In this document: piece after piece, positions 46,064-55,294 of the stretch
Layout: each line of letters starts with the position of its first letter
How positions within the stretch are numbered: the first letter of the stretch is position 1
From: an uncultured Bacteroidales bacterium
Lineage (GTDB): Bacteria > Bacteroidota > Bacteroidia > Bacteroidales > Muribaculaceae
Reading direction: 5' to 3'
Assembly (NCBI GenBank): GCA_947072905.1
Contig: CAMTKF010000002.1
Location: 4,334-68,333, forward strand
DNA: 64,000 nt
Position numbers and translations under genes: made by a program
Notes under the pieces: model-generated
Database searches by the model: none
What the model saw: the letters and a program-made list of their open reading frames with translations, nothing else
Told to the model about the DNA's origin: nothing

Positions 46064-46615
46064 TTACTTGAAAGGTGTTTCAAAATCTTTAAATTTAGGA
46101 TGCAGGGTGTCTTTCTGACTCAGGATGGCCTCATTGGCGGCTATACCCCAGTCAATGCCGAGCGAAGTGTCGAGTATTGATATCCCGCCCTCGGCATGAG
46201 GTGCATAGTAATTGTCGCATTTATACTGGAATACGGCTTCGTCGCTGAGTACTGAAAAGCCGTGGGCTAAGCCACGAGGCACAAATAACTGAACTCCGTT
46301 GTCTTCAGACAGTTCCACGGCTACAAATTGTCCGTATGTGGGTGAGCCGGCGCGTATGTCCACAGCCACGTCGAGCACACGGCCGCGCACGCATCTTACG
46401 AGTTTAGCCTGATCGAATGGCGGTGCCTGGAAGTGCAGTCCGCGGATTACACCACGGCTTGAGCAGCTTTCGTTTTCCTGCACGAACTCTATGTCTCCCA
46501 CGTTTTTTTTGAACTCATCCAGGCGGAATGTCTCCATGAAATAACCCCTGGCGTCTTTATGCTTTACGGGACGGATTACAACCGGCCCTTTGATATCACA
46601 TTTTATAAATTCCAT
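46064..46615 (-). CDS. rmlC: dTDP-4-dehydrorhamnose 3,5-epimerase
   Basis: DARGYFME, RGLHFQ, QAKLVRCVRG, DVAVDIR, GLAHGFSVLS, YKCDNYY. Confidence 0.97.
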   Translation of the reverse strand: MEFIKCDIKGPVVIRPVKHKDARGYFMETFRLDEFKKNVGDIEFVQENESCSSRGVIRGLHFQAPPFDQAKLVRCVRGRVLDVAVDIRAGSPTYGQFVAVELSEDNGVQLFVPRGLAHGFSVLSDEAVFQYKCDNYYAPHAEGGISILDTSLGIDWGIAANEAILSQKDTLHPKFKDFETPFK

Positions 46616-47520
46616 CAGTCTAAGTTGCTTATGGCAGAACGAGAAACCTCGTCTATTACTTTCATCAGATATTGGCCGTACTGGTTCTTGAGCATCGGCT
46701 TTGCAATCTCGGTCATACGCTCGGTCGAAATCCAGCCCTGACGGTATGCAATCCCTTCAAGGCAGGCTATTTTCAAACCCTGGCGTTTTTCGAGAACCTC
46801 AACGTAAATCGAGGCGTCGGCGAGTGAATCGTGTGTGCCGGTGTCTAACCATGCAAATCCGCGCGGAAGCTTCTCCACACATAGTGTGCCCCGAGTCAGA
46901 TATTCCTGATTGACGGTGGTTATTTCAAGCTCACCTCTTGCCGACGGTTTGATTTTAGAAGCAATCTCAACTACCGAGTTGGGGTAGAAATACAGTCCTA
47001 CGACAGCATAGTTGCTCTTTGGATTGGCGGGCTTCTCCTCGATTGAAAGGCATTTGCCATTTGTATCAAATTCAGCCACTCCATATCGTTCGGGGTCGTC
47101 GACCCAATAGCCGAATATGGTTGCGAGACCTTCGTCCTTTACCTTGGCGACTGCCTGTTTCAGCACTTTGGTGAATCCGGCGCCGTGAAATATGTTGTCG
47201 CCGAGGACAAGACAGACATCGTCGTCGCCGATAAATTCCTTTCCGATTATAAAAGCCTGCGCAAGGCCGTCGGGCGAGGGTTGCTCTGCGTACGAGAATG
47301 TCACGCCGAAGTCATTGCCGTCGCCGAGCAGACGTTTGAAGCCCGGAAGATCATCGGGGGTGGATATGACCAATATATCCCTGATTCCCGCCATCATGAG
47401 CGTGGAGATGGGATAATACACCATAGGTTTGTCGTAAATAGGTAGTAATTGTTTACTTACGCCCTTGGTGATGGGGTATAGGCGCGTTCCGCTGCCTCCT
47501 GCCAGTACTATACCTTTCAT
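46615..47520 (-). CDS. rmlA: Glucose-1-phosphate thymidylyltransferase
   Basis: [52 protein letters not shown]. Confidence 0.97.
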   Translation of the reverse strand: MKGIVLAGGSGTRLYPITKGVSKQLLPIYDKPMVYYPISTLMMAGIRDILVISTPDDLPGFKRLLGDGNDFGVTFSYAEQPSPDGLAQAFIIGKEFIGDDDVCLVLGDNIFHGAGFTKVLKQAVAKVKDEGLATIFGYWVDDPERYGVAEFDTNGKCLSIEEKPANPKSNYAVVGLYFYPNSVVEIASKIKPSARGELEITTVNQEYLTRGTLCVEKLPRGFAWLDTGTHDSLADASIYVEVLEKRQGLKIACLEGIAYRQGWISTERMTEIAKPMLKNQYGQYLMKVIDEVSRSAISNLD

Positions 47521-47539
47521 ATTGTTGAATTTTCTATCA

Positions 47540-47606
47540 CAAAGATATGGAAATTTGATTAAATTAGCAAAATTATTGCCTTGCGAAATCTTTTTTTGTA
47601 CCTTTG
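47540..47606. promoter_or_regulatory. Divergent -7 boxes for rmlACB and pgpA-plsC
   Basis: Minus-strand TATCTTTG at 47540-47; plus-strand TACCTTTG at 47599-606. Confidence 0.65.
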
Positions 47607-47632
47607 CATGTTACGTAAACGGCAAAACAACA

Positions 47633-48169
47633 ATGTCAGATAATAATTATAAGAAATTAGGGGTGGCACCGCGTTTTCATGAGGTGCTTTCCACGGGCTT
47701 GTATACGGGCCTTGTCCCGTTTGCCCCGGGTACAGTTGCAGCTTTCACAGGACTTCTTCTATGGTATGTGCTCTATTTGTTCCTGCCGCCACTGTGGGTA
47801 ACAATAGTTACATTAATGCTCATAATCACTGTAACGATAGTTGGCGCATGGACATCGGATATAATGGAGAATTACTGGGGGCCTGACCCGCGGGCTGTTG
47901 TGATAGATGAATATGTAGGCTGCTGGATTCCGCTGCTCGTGGCACCGTGTGCCACCGCTTCGAGCGATTGGACCTGGCTTATGGCGCTGCTCGGATTCGG
48001 ACTGTTCAGGCTCATTGATATCTTCAAGCCACTCGGTTGCAGGGCTGTAGAGAAGAAATTTCCCGGAGGATGGGGCGTGATGCTCGACGATGTCCTCGCC
48101 GGTTTCTATGCCCTGATAATTGTTCTGGTGGTAAAATATGTGTTCAACCTTCCTAATGTGTTGTGGTGA
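47633..48169 (+). CDS. pgpA: Phosphatidylglycerophosphatase A
   Basis: PFAPGT, DPRAVVIDE..G, FRLIDIFKP, GGWGVMLDDVLAG. Start moved to ATG 47633. Confidence 0.92.
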   Translation: MSDNNYKKLGVAPRFHEVLSTGLYTGLVPFAPGTVAAFTGLLLWYVLYLFLPPLWVTIVTLMLIITVTIVGAWTSDIMENYWGPDPRAVVIDEYVGCWIPLLVAPCATASSDWTWLMALLGFGLFRLIDIFKPLGCRAVEKKFPGGWGVMLDDVLAGFYALIIVLVVKYVFNLPNVLW

Positions 48170-48897
48170 TGAAATTGTTTCTGTACAGGATTTATCAATT
48201 ATGTGTGCTTGTTCCGGTAGCCCTTGTGGTTACGGTGGTGGCAGCCGTGCTTACCATTCTGGCTTCGATACTCGGTGGAAGTCGCTTCTGGGGATATCAG
48301 ATTCCCCGTATATGGGCTAAGATAATATGTTGGGCTACGCTCGTCAAGGTGGAGGTCAGAGGCCGTGAGAACATATCCAAGGGTCAATCATACGTCTTCG
48401 TGGCCAACCATCAGGGCGCTTACGATATTTTTGCCATATATGGTTATCTGGGACACAACTTCAAGTGGATGATGAAAAAGAGTCTTGAACGTATACCGCT
48501 CGTAGGTTTCAGCTGCAAGATCTCAGGTCATATTTTTGTAGACAATTCTTCGCCCGGTGCAGTGCGCGAGACCATGGTGACTGCCGAGAAACAGCTGGCC
48601 GGCGGCATGTCGGTGGTTGTTTTTCCCGAAGGCTCACGCACCCGCGATGGAAAGCTACACCGCTTCAAGCGCGGGGCGTATATCCTTGCCACAGAGTTCA
48701 ATCTGCCGGTGGTGCCTATCACCATCGACGGCGCATACGATGTGATGCCGCGTACAACCCTTGTACCTAAATGGGGTAAAATTATCATAACCATTCACAA
48801 GCCTATATATGCCGGCGAGCAGGGACACGATCTGGCCTTTCTTATGAGCGAATCGCGCAAGGCGATAGCCGAAAGTCTGCCCGGTGGCGGTGAATGA
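48169..48897 (+). CDS. plsC: 1-acyl-sn-glycerol-3-phosphate acyltransferase
   Basis: ANHQGAYD (HX4D), FPEGSRT, FKRGA, PVVPI; TGATG overlap with pgpA. Confidence 0.92.
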   Translation: MKLFLYRIYQLCVLVPVALVVTVVAAVLTILASILGGSRFWGYQIPRIWAKIICWATLVKVEVRGRENISKGQSYVFVANHQGAYDIFAIYGYLGHNFKWMMKKSLERIPLVGFSCKISGHIFVDNSSPGAVRETMVTAEKQLAGGMSVVVFPEGSRTRDGKLHRFKRGAYILATEFNLPVVPITIDGAYDVMPRTTLVPKWGKIIITIHKPIYAGEQGHDLAFLMSESRKAIAESLPGGGE

Positions 48898-48971
48898 TAA
48901 TTGGCTTGTCATTAAACAACAACTGCAACTCAGTTGTTTATAAACTATAACTGATTTTTAAATAGTTACTT

Positions 48972-49592
48972 ATGCTAAAGAAATACACCTTATTGCTTGG
49001 CCTTGCAGCAGGGCTTGCAACTCTCTCTTCGTGTTCAAAGAATAATGATTTTGTGGGTGTTTGGACCGCAACTACCCCTGAAGATATAACTGCAGTGGTC
49101 CCGGCAGCCTCTTCTGCTACTTCAATGATGTCAATAAGCTTTGTTGAGGATGCCAATAAGAAGGATGGCGGCTCTGTGGCATTGTCTACCATAATCAATG
49201 TGAATCAGCCCGTTAATAACGGTGCCGTAGGTTTTGATGCCGCGTACGAGGTTAATGTGGCTGCGACTGCTTCGCTCGGCGGTACTTGGATTTTTGAGGA
49301 AGACTCTGATGACGACCTTATACTTTCTCTTGACCTTAACACTCTTAAAGTAAATGTTGACAAAAATGGCGTGACCTTTACACAAAACATGCTCACCGGC
49401 GCGCAACAGCCTCAGATTGACTCACTAACCTCTGTGACTGCCGAAGTATGGAAAAATCAGCTTACTCAGGCTCTCACCAAGGAATTCAGCCGATACAGAA
49501 AGCTCGATGATGTGAAAGTCCACAAAGGTCAGGTTCTCACTTTTGAAATCGAAAATCCCGAGACCACAATCCAAATGCGTAGAGCTGAGTAA
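48972..49592 (+). CDS. Hypothetical lipoprotein
   Basis: Lipobox LSSC then SKNNDFVGVW; beta-rich; no family recognised. Confidence 0.75.
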   Translation: MLKKYTLLLGLAAGLATLSSCSKNNDFVGVWTATTPEDITAVVPAASSATSMMSISFVEDANKKDGGSVALSTIINVNQPVNNGAVGFDAAYEVNVAATASLGGTWIFEEDSDDDLILSLDLNTLKVNVDKNGVTFTQNMLTGAQQPQIDSLTSVTAEVWKNQLTQALTKEFSRYRKLDDVKVHKGQVLTFEIENPETTIQMRRAE

Positions 49593-50159
49593 CTACTGCA
49601 TCTTCTTCAGCTCCTTGTACAGGGCATGAATAGGTAATCCCATTACATTGTAGAAACTGCCCTTGATACCAATAATTGCTGCGGCGCCTATCCATTCTTG
49701 AATGCCATAGGCGCCCGCTTTATCGTATGGGTGGAACTTGTCTACGTAATAGAGTATCTCATCCTCGGTAAGCGTGTCAAATTCCACTTCGGTGAGCTGC
49801 GAGAATGATGTAGAGCCGGCTTTTGTTGTCAGTGTCACTCCGGTCACCACTTTATGGGTCTTGCCCTGCATCTCGCTGAGCATGCCTATTGCTTCCTCGC
49901 GCGAATGAGGCTTCCCAAGAATCTTGTCGTCGAGTATGACTACAGTATCTGCCGTTACAAGCACATCCTCGGCCGAGGACAGGTCGGGCAGGTATGCCTT
50001 GGCTTTGAGCTGCGACAGAAATACCGGTACCTCCTCTTTGGGGAGTGTTTCGGGGTACACTTCATCCACATCGCGCGAAGGTGCGATGGTGAAGTCGTCA
50101 GCAATCATTTTTAAAAGTCCGTGCCTTCTTGGCGAAGCTGATGCAAGTATGATATTCAT
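49593..50159 (-). CDS. maf: Maf family nucleoside triphosphate pyrophosphatase
   Basis: ILASASPRR, ADTVV, ILGKP, DKAGAYGIQ, NVMGLP. Confidence 0.95.
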   Translation of the reverse strand: MNIILASASPRRHGLLKMIADDFTIAPSRDVDEVYPETLPKEEVPVFLSQLKAKAYLPDLSSAEDVLVTADTVVILDDKILGKPHSREEAIGMLSEMQGKTHKVVTGVTLTTKAGSTSFSQLTEVEFDTLTEDEILYYVDKFHPYDKAGAYGIQEWIGAAAIIGIKGSFYNVMGLPIHALYKELKKMQ

Positions 50160-50161
50160 GA

Positions 50162-50683
50162 TTATCCAAAAGCTTGAGCGTCGCCGGGCCAGATACCTTG
50201 GGCGCGCATTATTTCTTCTATTATCTCGCGAGCCACGCCATGCCCGCCGGCTGCGTCGGTTATATATTTTGCAATGAATTTGGTGTCGCGCGAGCCATCG
50301 GCCGGAGTTACCGGAAGACCTACGTATCTCATAGGAGCAATATCCGGCACATCATCGCCGGCATAAGCCACTTCATCGGGCTGCAGGCCATTCTTTTCCA
50401 TCCATTCTTTTAGAACGGGCAGTTTATCCATCTTGCCGGCAAAGAAGTCGGTAACACCTATTTTCTCCATGCGCTCCCTGAGTCCGGGAGCCACAGCTCC
50501 GGTAATTATGGCAATCTTAAGCCCGTGATTCAGAGCCTGAACCATTGAATATCCGTCTTTCAGATTAGCCATGCGGCGGGGGATGCCGTCATCGCCTAAT
50601 GGAATGGATTCGGGTGACAGCACTCCGTCAACATCAAATACTATGGCTTTGATTTTATGGAGAGGATAGGGTATTTTGCTCAT
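50162..50683 (-). CDS. kdsC: KdsC-family HAD phosphatase (Kdo-8-phosphate phosphatase)
   Basis: FDVDGVL, KDG, AIITG, AYAGDDVPD, GGHGVAREIIE. Confidence 0.85.
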   Translation of the reverse strand: MSKIPYPLHKIKAIVFDVDGVLSPESIPLGDDGIPRRMANLKDGYSMVQALNHGLKIAIITGAVAPGLRERMEKIGVTDFFAGKMDKLPVLKEWMEKNGLQPDEVAYAGDDVPDIAPMRYVGLPVTPADGSRDTKFIAKYITDAAGGHGVAREIIEEIMRAQGIWPGDAQAFG

Positions 50684-51489
50684 AATTTGAGTTCGGGATG
50701 AAATTCGTTTAAAATTGCGGTGGAAATCACTTCATAAACCTGCTTGTCTATGCCTTCGGGAAAAGATGTCAGTTGTTTCTTTATAACTGATACATCTCCG
50801 CGTCGTGCAGGACCGGTCATTGCCGCTTCGGGTCCTATGCTGAAAGCCTTGGATATTGTAGCCTCGACGAGAGGTTTTACCGTATCGAGCGGCAGATTTA
50901 CCTCGCCGAGAACGCGTCGGGTGATTTCAAGCAGATAGATGGGGAAGTTGCTCGACAATACCCCGGCCACATGCAGGTATGAGCGTATGGCCGAGTCGGC
51001 TTCCATTACCTTGGGCGATAATGTCAGGGCAACAGCTTTTACTATATTGAGCGTATCGGGGTCGGTCGCCTCTATGAAAAACGGTACTTCGCCTATGTTG
51101 ACATCCACATCCTTGGAGAAGGTCTGTAGCGGATAAAGCACAGCGGCCCGGGCATGGCAGCAGGATAGCGACTCAAGCGGTATACTGCCCGATGTATGTG
51201 CGACTATCCCCCTGATTTCAGGTATATTTTTAGCGACATCAGACACCGATGCATCTGAAGTCGCTATGATTACCATATCAACATCCTTAGGTATTTGTCC
51301 GGGATTTTGAAAACGGGCACAGTTTAATTTCTCCGCGAGGATTTTTGATGATTCACCACGGCTGCACACACCTGTAATCTCAAACCCCATATCTTTAAGA
51401 CGCAAGCCTAGTCGGGTGGCTACGTTTCCGGCTCCAACAAGAGCGATCTTGAATTCAGAGGGTATGATGTCTACGGTATGCTTACTCAT
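50680..51489 (-). CDS. Rossmann-like + DUF2520 domain protein
   Basis: VGAGNVA, AHTSGS, LYPLQTFSK, LHVAGV..SNF, MTGPARRGD. Confidence 0.88.
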   Translation of the reverse strand: MSKHTVDIIPSEFKIALVGAGNVATRLGLRLKDMGFEITGVCSRGESSKILAEKLNCARFQNPGQIPKDVDMVIIATSDASVSDVAKNIPEIRGIVAHTSGSIPLESLSCCHARAAVLYPLQTFSKDVDVNIGEVPFFIEATDPDTLNIVKAVALTLSPKVMEADSAIRSYLHVAGVLSSNFPIYLLEITRRVLGEVNLPLDTVKPLVEATISKAFSIGPEAAMTGPARRGDVSVIKKQLTSFPEGIDKQVYEVISTAILNEFHPELKL

Positions 51490-51491
51490 GC

Positions 51492-52043
51492 TTATTCTTC
51501 AGGAATATCTTGTGATTTCCAATTGTCTATGTGTACTTTTTCCCAAAGCAATTTCGAGGTGTCAACGGGGCGTCGTTCCTCGTCGGGATGGCCTATTGTC
51601 ATGATGCATTCCACCACTATGTCGTCGGGAATTCCCAGTATCTCACGCACTATGGTCTCGGCATCCTCTCCGTCTGTTGCAAAGCGGTTTCGCACCTGAA
51701 TCCAGCATGCGCCAAGGCCGAGAGCCGTAGCCTGCAGCTGCATGTATGCTGCGGCTATAGACATGTCTTCGATATACATATCGCTGCGCGAGGGATCGGC
51801 GCATACAACTACAGCGAGCGGACAATTGGCAACCGGGCGTCCGCCGTTTGCCTTGCATTCCGAAAGACGCTGCAGATCATCCTTGTTTTCTACGATTATG
51901 AATTGCCAGGGACGTACGCTCTTGGACGACGGAGCCAGCAGGCCGGCTTCAAGTATGGTCTTTACATCTTCGGACGAGATGCTTTCTGAGGTGTAGCGTC
52001 GGATTGAATGACGACGGATAAGGAGGTCGTGAAGTGATTCCAT
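51492..52043 (-). CDS. Nitroreductase family protein (cytoplasmic)
   Basis: RRHSIRRY, LAPSSKSVRPWQF, QATALGLGACWIQVR. Confidence 0.9.
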   Translation of the reverse strand: MESLHDLLIRRHSIRRYTSESISSEDVKTILEAGLLAPSSKSVRPWQFIIVENKDDLQRLSECKANGGRPVANCPLAVVVCADPSRSDMYIEDMSIAAAYMQLQATALGLGACWIQVRNRFATDGEDAETIVREILGIPDDIVVECIMTIGHPDEERRPVDTSKLLWEKVHIDNWKSQDIPEE

Positions 52044-52085
52044 TTCAGTTTTGTATAAATTTGTGTGTAGATTACAAACACACTC

Positions 52086-53039
52086 TTACTTACGGCAAAT
52101 CCAGGCATTTGGATACCGTGTAGCGAAGTCTTCTGTCTTTTTGATAGAGTTTACGCTTTCTATCGTATTGCCTGAAGCCGCGTATATACGGTATCTGCCA
52201 TCTTTTTCAAAAATGCCTAAGTTGCTGTCAGGGTGTTGTTTGAGGAATTTCTCCGCTTCGTTTTCTGACGCAAGAGATGCTACGATAAGATAGTATCGTG
52301 CAGTGTTATTTCCATCCTCTTTAACAACTTCTTGAGCCGGAATGTTTTCTATTACCTCGTTTTCGGGAGCCTTTGCAAGTACAAGAACCACAGGGCTGTT
52401 GCCGGCGGCAATATTTGCAGTATGATTGTTGGCAACCACATTAGGCACTATCGAAGCAAACTGCTCTTCGGGAGCATAAGTGAGATTCTGGACGACGATC
52501 CACCCAAGAGTAATCATTACAGCGATGCAAGCCGCAGCCTGTCCACATCTTAATAATATGGAGGACAGCTTATTGCGACGGTTGATGCGGGCGTGGTTCT
52601 CCATAATTTCCGACACACGGCGTTGGAGTCCGATATTAACCTGAGGTAACCAAAGAAAATCGGGCGAAAGCCATTGTGCAGTACCGGGAGTATAGCTCAG
52701 CAGTCCTTCCTCATCCATATACAGTGTGCCTGCACAGCCCAGCGACAGCTCGTGCTTATCGTCAAGCGTGGCCAGCATATCTTCAACCTCCTTGCGCACT
52801 ATCGAGGTGGCCGAGTCATACGATATACCTTCGCGACGTGCTATGGACGAAGCCAGCATGCCGTCGGTGCGTGAAAGTGCGGGATTGAATGAAAATACTC
52901 TTGCGGGTGCATGCCACATCTGTTCTTCCTCATCGTATCTTGGCGCCATATTATGAGCCAGAATCGCGCCCAGACCGGGCACAATCACGCAATCGTGGCA
53001 TTGCAAAAGATATTCGATGTGTGGAATCAAACAGTTCAT
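52086..53039 (-). CDS. HU-CCDC81-like N-domain + TM + SPOR domain protein
   Basis: LLQCHDCVIVPGLGA, FSFNPALSRTDGML, single TM, C-terminal YYLIVASL...YRIYA...AWI. Confidence 0.8.
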   Translation of the reverse strand: MNCLIPHIEYLLQCHDCVIVPGLGAILAHNMAPRYDEEEQMWHAPARVFSFNPALSRTDGMLASSIARREGISYDSATSIVRKEVEDMLATLDDKHELSLGCAGTLYMDEEGLLSYTPGTAQWLSPDFLWLPQVNIGLQRRVSEIMENHARINRRNKLSSILLRCGQAAACIAVMITLGWIVVQNLTYAPEEQFASIVPNVVANNHTANIAAGNSPVVLVLAKAPENEVIENIPAQEVVKEDGNNTARYYLIVASLASENEAEKFLKQHPDSNLGIFEKDGRYRIYAASGNTIESVNSIKKTEDFATRYPNAWICRK

Positions 53040-53047
53040 ATTCGGTA

Positions 53048-53130
53048 CAAAGTTACGACTAAATTTTGGATTATCTTACACAATTTAAAATAATTTATTA
53101 ACACTAATCGAACTTTTTATCCTAACTTTG
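53048..53130. promoter_or_regulatory. Divergent -7 boxes for the SPOR operon and TPR gene
   Basis: Minus-strand TAACTTTG at 53048-55; plus-strand TAACTTTG at 53123-30. Confidence 0.65.
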
Positions 53131-53151
53131 CACTCACCAATCAGCAAGAAG

Positions 53152-54015
53152 ATGAACAAATATCTATTATCCTTATTAATTATATGTGTAAGCCGATTTG
53201 CAGGCGTCGCACAGACCGATGCTTATTTGAATGACTCTGTTTTTGAGGCCGATCCTTATTTTATATTGATGGGCGAAGCCGAGGATGCAATCAAAGAGCA
53301 AAACTGGCCCGAAGCCGCGGCCAGGCTCAGCGATGCACTTGGCGTGAAGCCTAATCATCCGTCAAATGCACTTCTACTCTATAATCTGGGCAAGGTATAC
53401 ACTTGTCTCGGGAATGATACTCTTGCTGTCGCCACATACAATCGTGGCCTTGATATTGCACCTAACATGACAGTGCTGTATCTGGGCAGGGGCAAGACTT
53501 ATCTTAATATGGGTAAGCAAAAATCAGCCTTTGCAGATTTTGAACATGTTATTAAACTTGACTCTTTGTCTACAGAAGCCAGATACCTTCACGGCATGAT
53601 TTCGCTCTATGGAGGAAAGATGAAGGAAGCCGAGGTTGATTTCAATGTCCTTGAATCTGTCGCTCCCAAGTCGTTTGATACAGCCATTGCCCTTGCCACG
53701 TTATATTCAATGACAGGACGTGAGCGCAAGGCTATTCCATATTTCGAGCGTGTACTTGAAACAGAGCCTACGGCCGAATATTATGCAGCACTGGCAGGAT
53801 GTCACTTGGCTTTGAATGAATTGACCGAAGCATCTGAGGTGCTCGGTGAAGCTATGATGACTTACCCCAAAGATGCGGAGCTGTATTACTACAGGGCACG
53901 CCTGAACCGTGACCGCTTCAGAAACGATGATGCCCGACGCGATGCCGAGCGCGCCATAGAACTTGGAGCCAATCCCGTTAAGGTAAACGAACTGTTCAAA
54001 TCCAATAAACGCTGA
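53152..54015 (+). CDS. Exported tetratricopeptide-repeat protein
   Basis: Signal peptide ending GVA-Q, multiple TPR helices. Start moved to ATG 53152 because the track TTG lies inside the -7 box. Confidence 0.88.
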   Translation: MNKYLLSLLIICVSRFAGVAQTDAYLNDSVFEADPYFILMGEAEDAIKEQNWPEAAARLSDALGVKPNHPSNALLLYNLGKVYTCLGNDTLAVATYNRGLDIAPNMTVLYLGRGKTYLNMGKQKSAFADFEHVIKLDSLSTEARYLHGMISLYGGKMKEAEVDFNVLESVAPKSFDTAIALATLYSMTGRERKAIPYFERVLETEPTAEYYAALAGCHLALNELTEASEVLGEAMMTYPKDAELYYYRARLNRDRFRNDDARRDAERAIELGANPVKVNELFKSNKR

Positions 54016-54032
54016 ATGAAAGATATAAAATA

Positions 54033-54076
54033 CACTGCAGCCCTGAAGTTTTTGATAATACTTCAGGGCTGCAGTG
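54033..54076. terminator. Bidirectional hairpin terminator
   Basis: CACTGCAGCCCTGAAGT-10nt-ACTTCAGGGCTGCAGTG, 17-bp perfect stem between convergent stops. Confidence 0.8.
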
Positions 54077-54080
54077 ATAA

Positions 54081-55091
54081 TCAGCGTATTCCTCTGCGGT
54101 TGAGTGCCGCCTGATATTTTTTAGCGTTCTTTTTGTGAGTGGCATAATCGGCTGCGAAGTTGTGTCGTCCTGAAAAGTCCTCTTTTGCACACATATAAAT
54201 ATAATTATGGTCGGGTGCATTAAGTACTGCATCAAGCGTAGCTGCATTTGGAACACGTATGGGGCCGGGCGGTAAACCTACATTTTTGTAAGTATTGTAT
54301 GGCGAATCAGTTCGCAAGTGTTTGCCGGTTATTCGTCTGAGCGCAAAATTGCCGGTGGCGAACTTTACGGTAGGATCGGCCTGAAGTTTCATGCCCTGCT
54401 TCACACGGTTTATGTACAATCGGGCAATCATCGGCCGTTCATCCTTTTTATTGGATTCTTCCTCTACAATTGAAGCTATGGTGGCCACCTCTACCGGTGT
54501 CAATCCTAATTTCGCAGCTTTGTCAAGCCTTTCTTTTGTCCAGAAATTATCCCTTATTCCTACCAGTTTCTCCACTACGTGCTCTGCCGAGTCGGTCCAG
54601 TAGAATTCGTAAGTATCGGGTAGTACGGAAGCCGGATAGGTTGATACGGAATTACCGAACTGCGGGTGTTTTGACAATACGGTCTTGAAAGCTTTGTCGA
54701 GTTCTTCCTGAGATATTTCGAGCTTTGAGGATATTCTCTTTTTCAAGTCGTTGAAAGTCCTTACGTTGTTGATGGTAAGGTTGACAGGTGTCTGCCGGCC
54801 TTTGCCAAGGCGGTGTACTGTCTCAACTACTTTTGTACCAGGTTCGATAAGATAAGAACCGTGGGCTTTCTCAGTGCTGCCCGAAGCCATTCTCCATAAT
54901 CGGTATACCAATCCGCCATACCCCGAGCCTAATGATGAGGTAAGTGAGTCGCGGACGCTCTCGTTTGTGGCTCCTTTAGGAATATTCACACGCACAGCCT
55001 CTTCTGCGTCAAATTCACGCATCATCAGAGTCAGTCCTGTGATTCCTACCAATCCCGCAATTGCGAGTATAATAATCAACCATCGTTTCAT
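54081..55091 (-). CDS. mltG: Endolytic transglycosylase MltG
   Basis: N-terminal TM, ATIASIVEEE, LQADPTV, SPYNTYKNVGLPPGPI, YIYMCAKEDFSGRHNFA. Start moved to ATG 55091. Confidence 0.95.
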   Translation of the reverse strand: MKRWLIIILAIAGLVGITGLTLMMREFDAEEAVRVNIPKGATNESVRDSLTSSLGSGYGGLVYRLWRMASGSTEKAHGSYLIEPGTKVVETVHRLGKGRQTPVNLTINNVRTFNDLKKRISSKLEISQEELDKAFKTVLSKHPQFGNSVSTYPASVLPDTYEFYWTDSAEHVVEKLVGIRDNFWTKERLDKAAKLGLTPVEVATIASIVEEESNKKDERPMIARLYINRVKQGMKLQADPTVKFATGNFALRRITGKHLRTDSPYNTYKNVGLPPGPIRVPNAATLDAVLNAPDHNYIYMCAKEDFSGRHNFAADYATHKKNAKKYQAALNRRGIR

Positions 55092-55214
55092 GTCAGTTAC
55101 GTTTAATGCATTCAACATGCAAAGTTATACATTATTAACCCTTTTGACACTAAAAGTGGTCTTGTTATTTATGTTAAAATATGCAAAACTATCTTTATTA
55201 TTTTTCATTTTAGT

Positions 55215-55245
55215 TTTGTAAACCAATAAATTATTCATAAATTTG
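55215..55245 (+). promoter_or_regulatory. -33/-7 promoter for rubrerythrin
   Basis: TTTG, 19-nt spacer, TAAATTTG. Confidence 0.65.
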
Positions 55246-55294
55246 TTTTCTGAAAAATATAAATTCAACCAATTACGAAACAAAACTAACTCAC

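Noticed and set aside
52056-52063. Perfect plus-strand TAAATTTG between two minus-strand genes (possible antisense promoter)
   Set aside because: A single 6-base match in an AT-rich spacer is readily explained by chance; no supporting -33 box or terminator.
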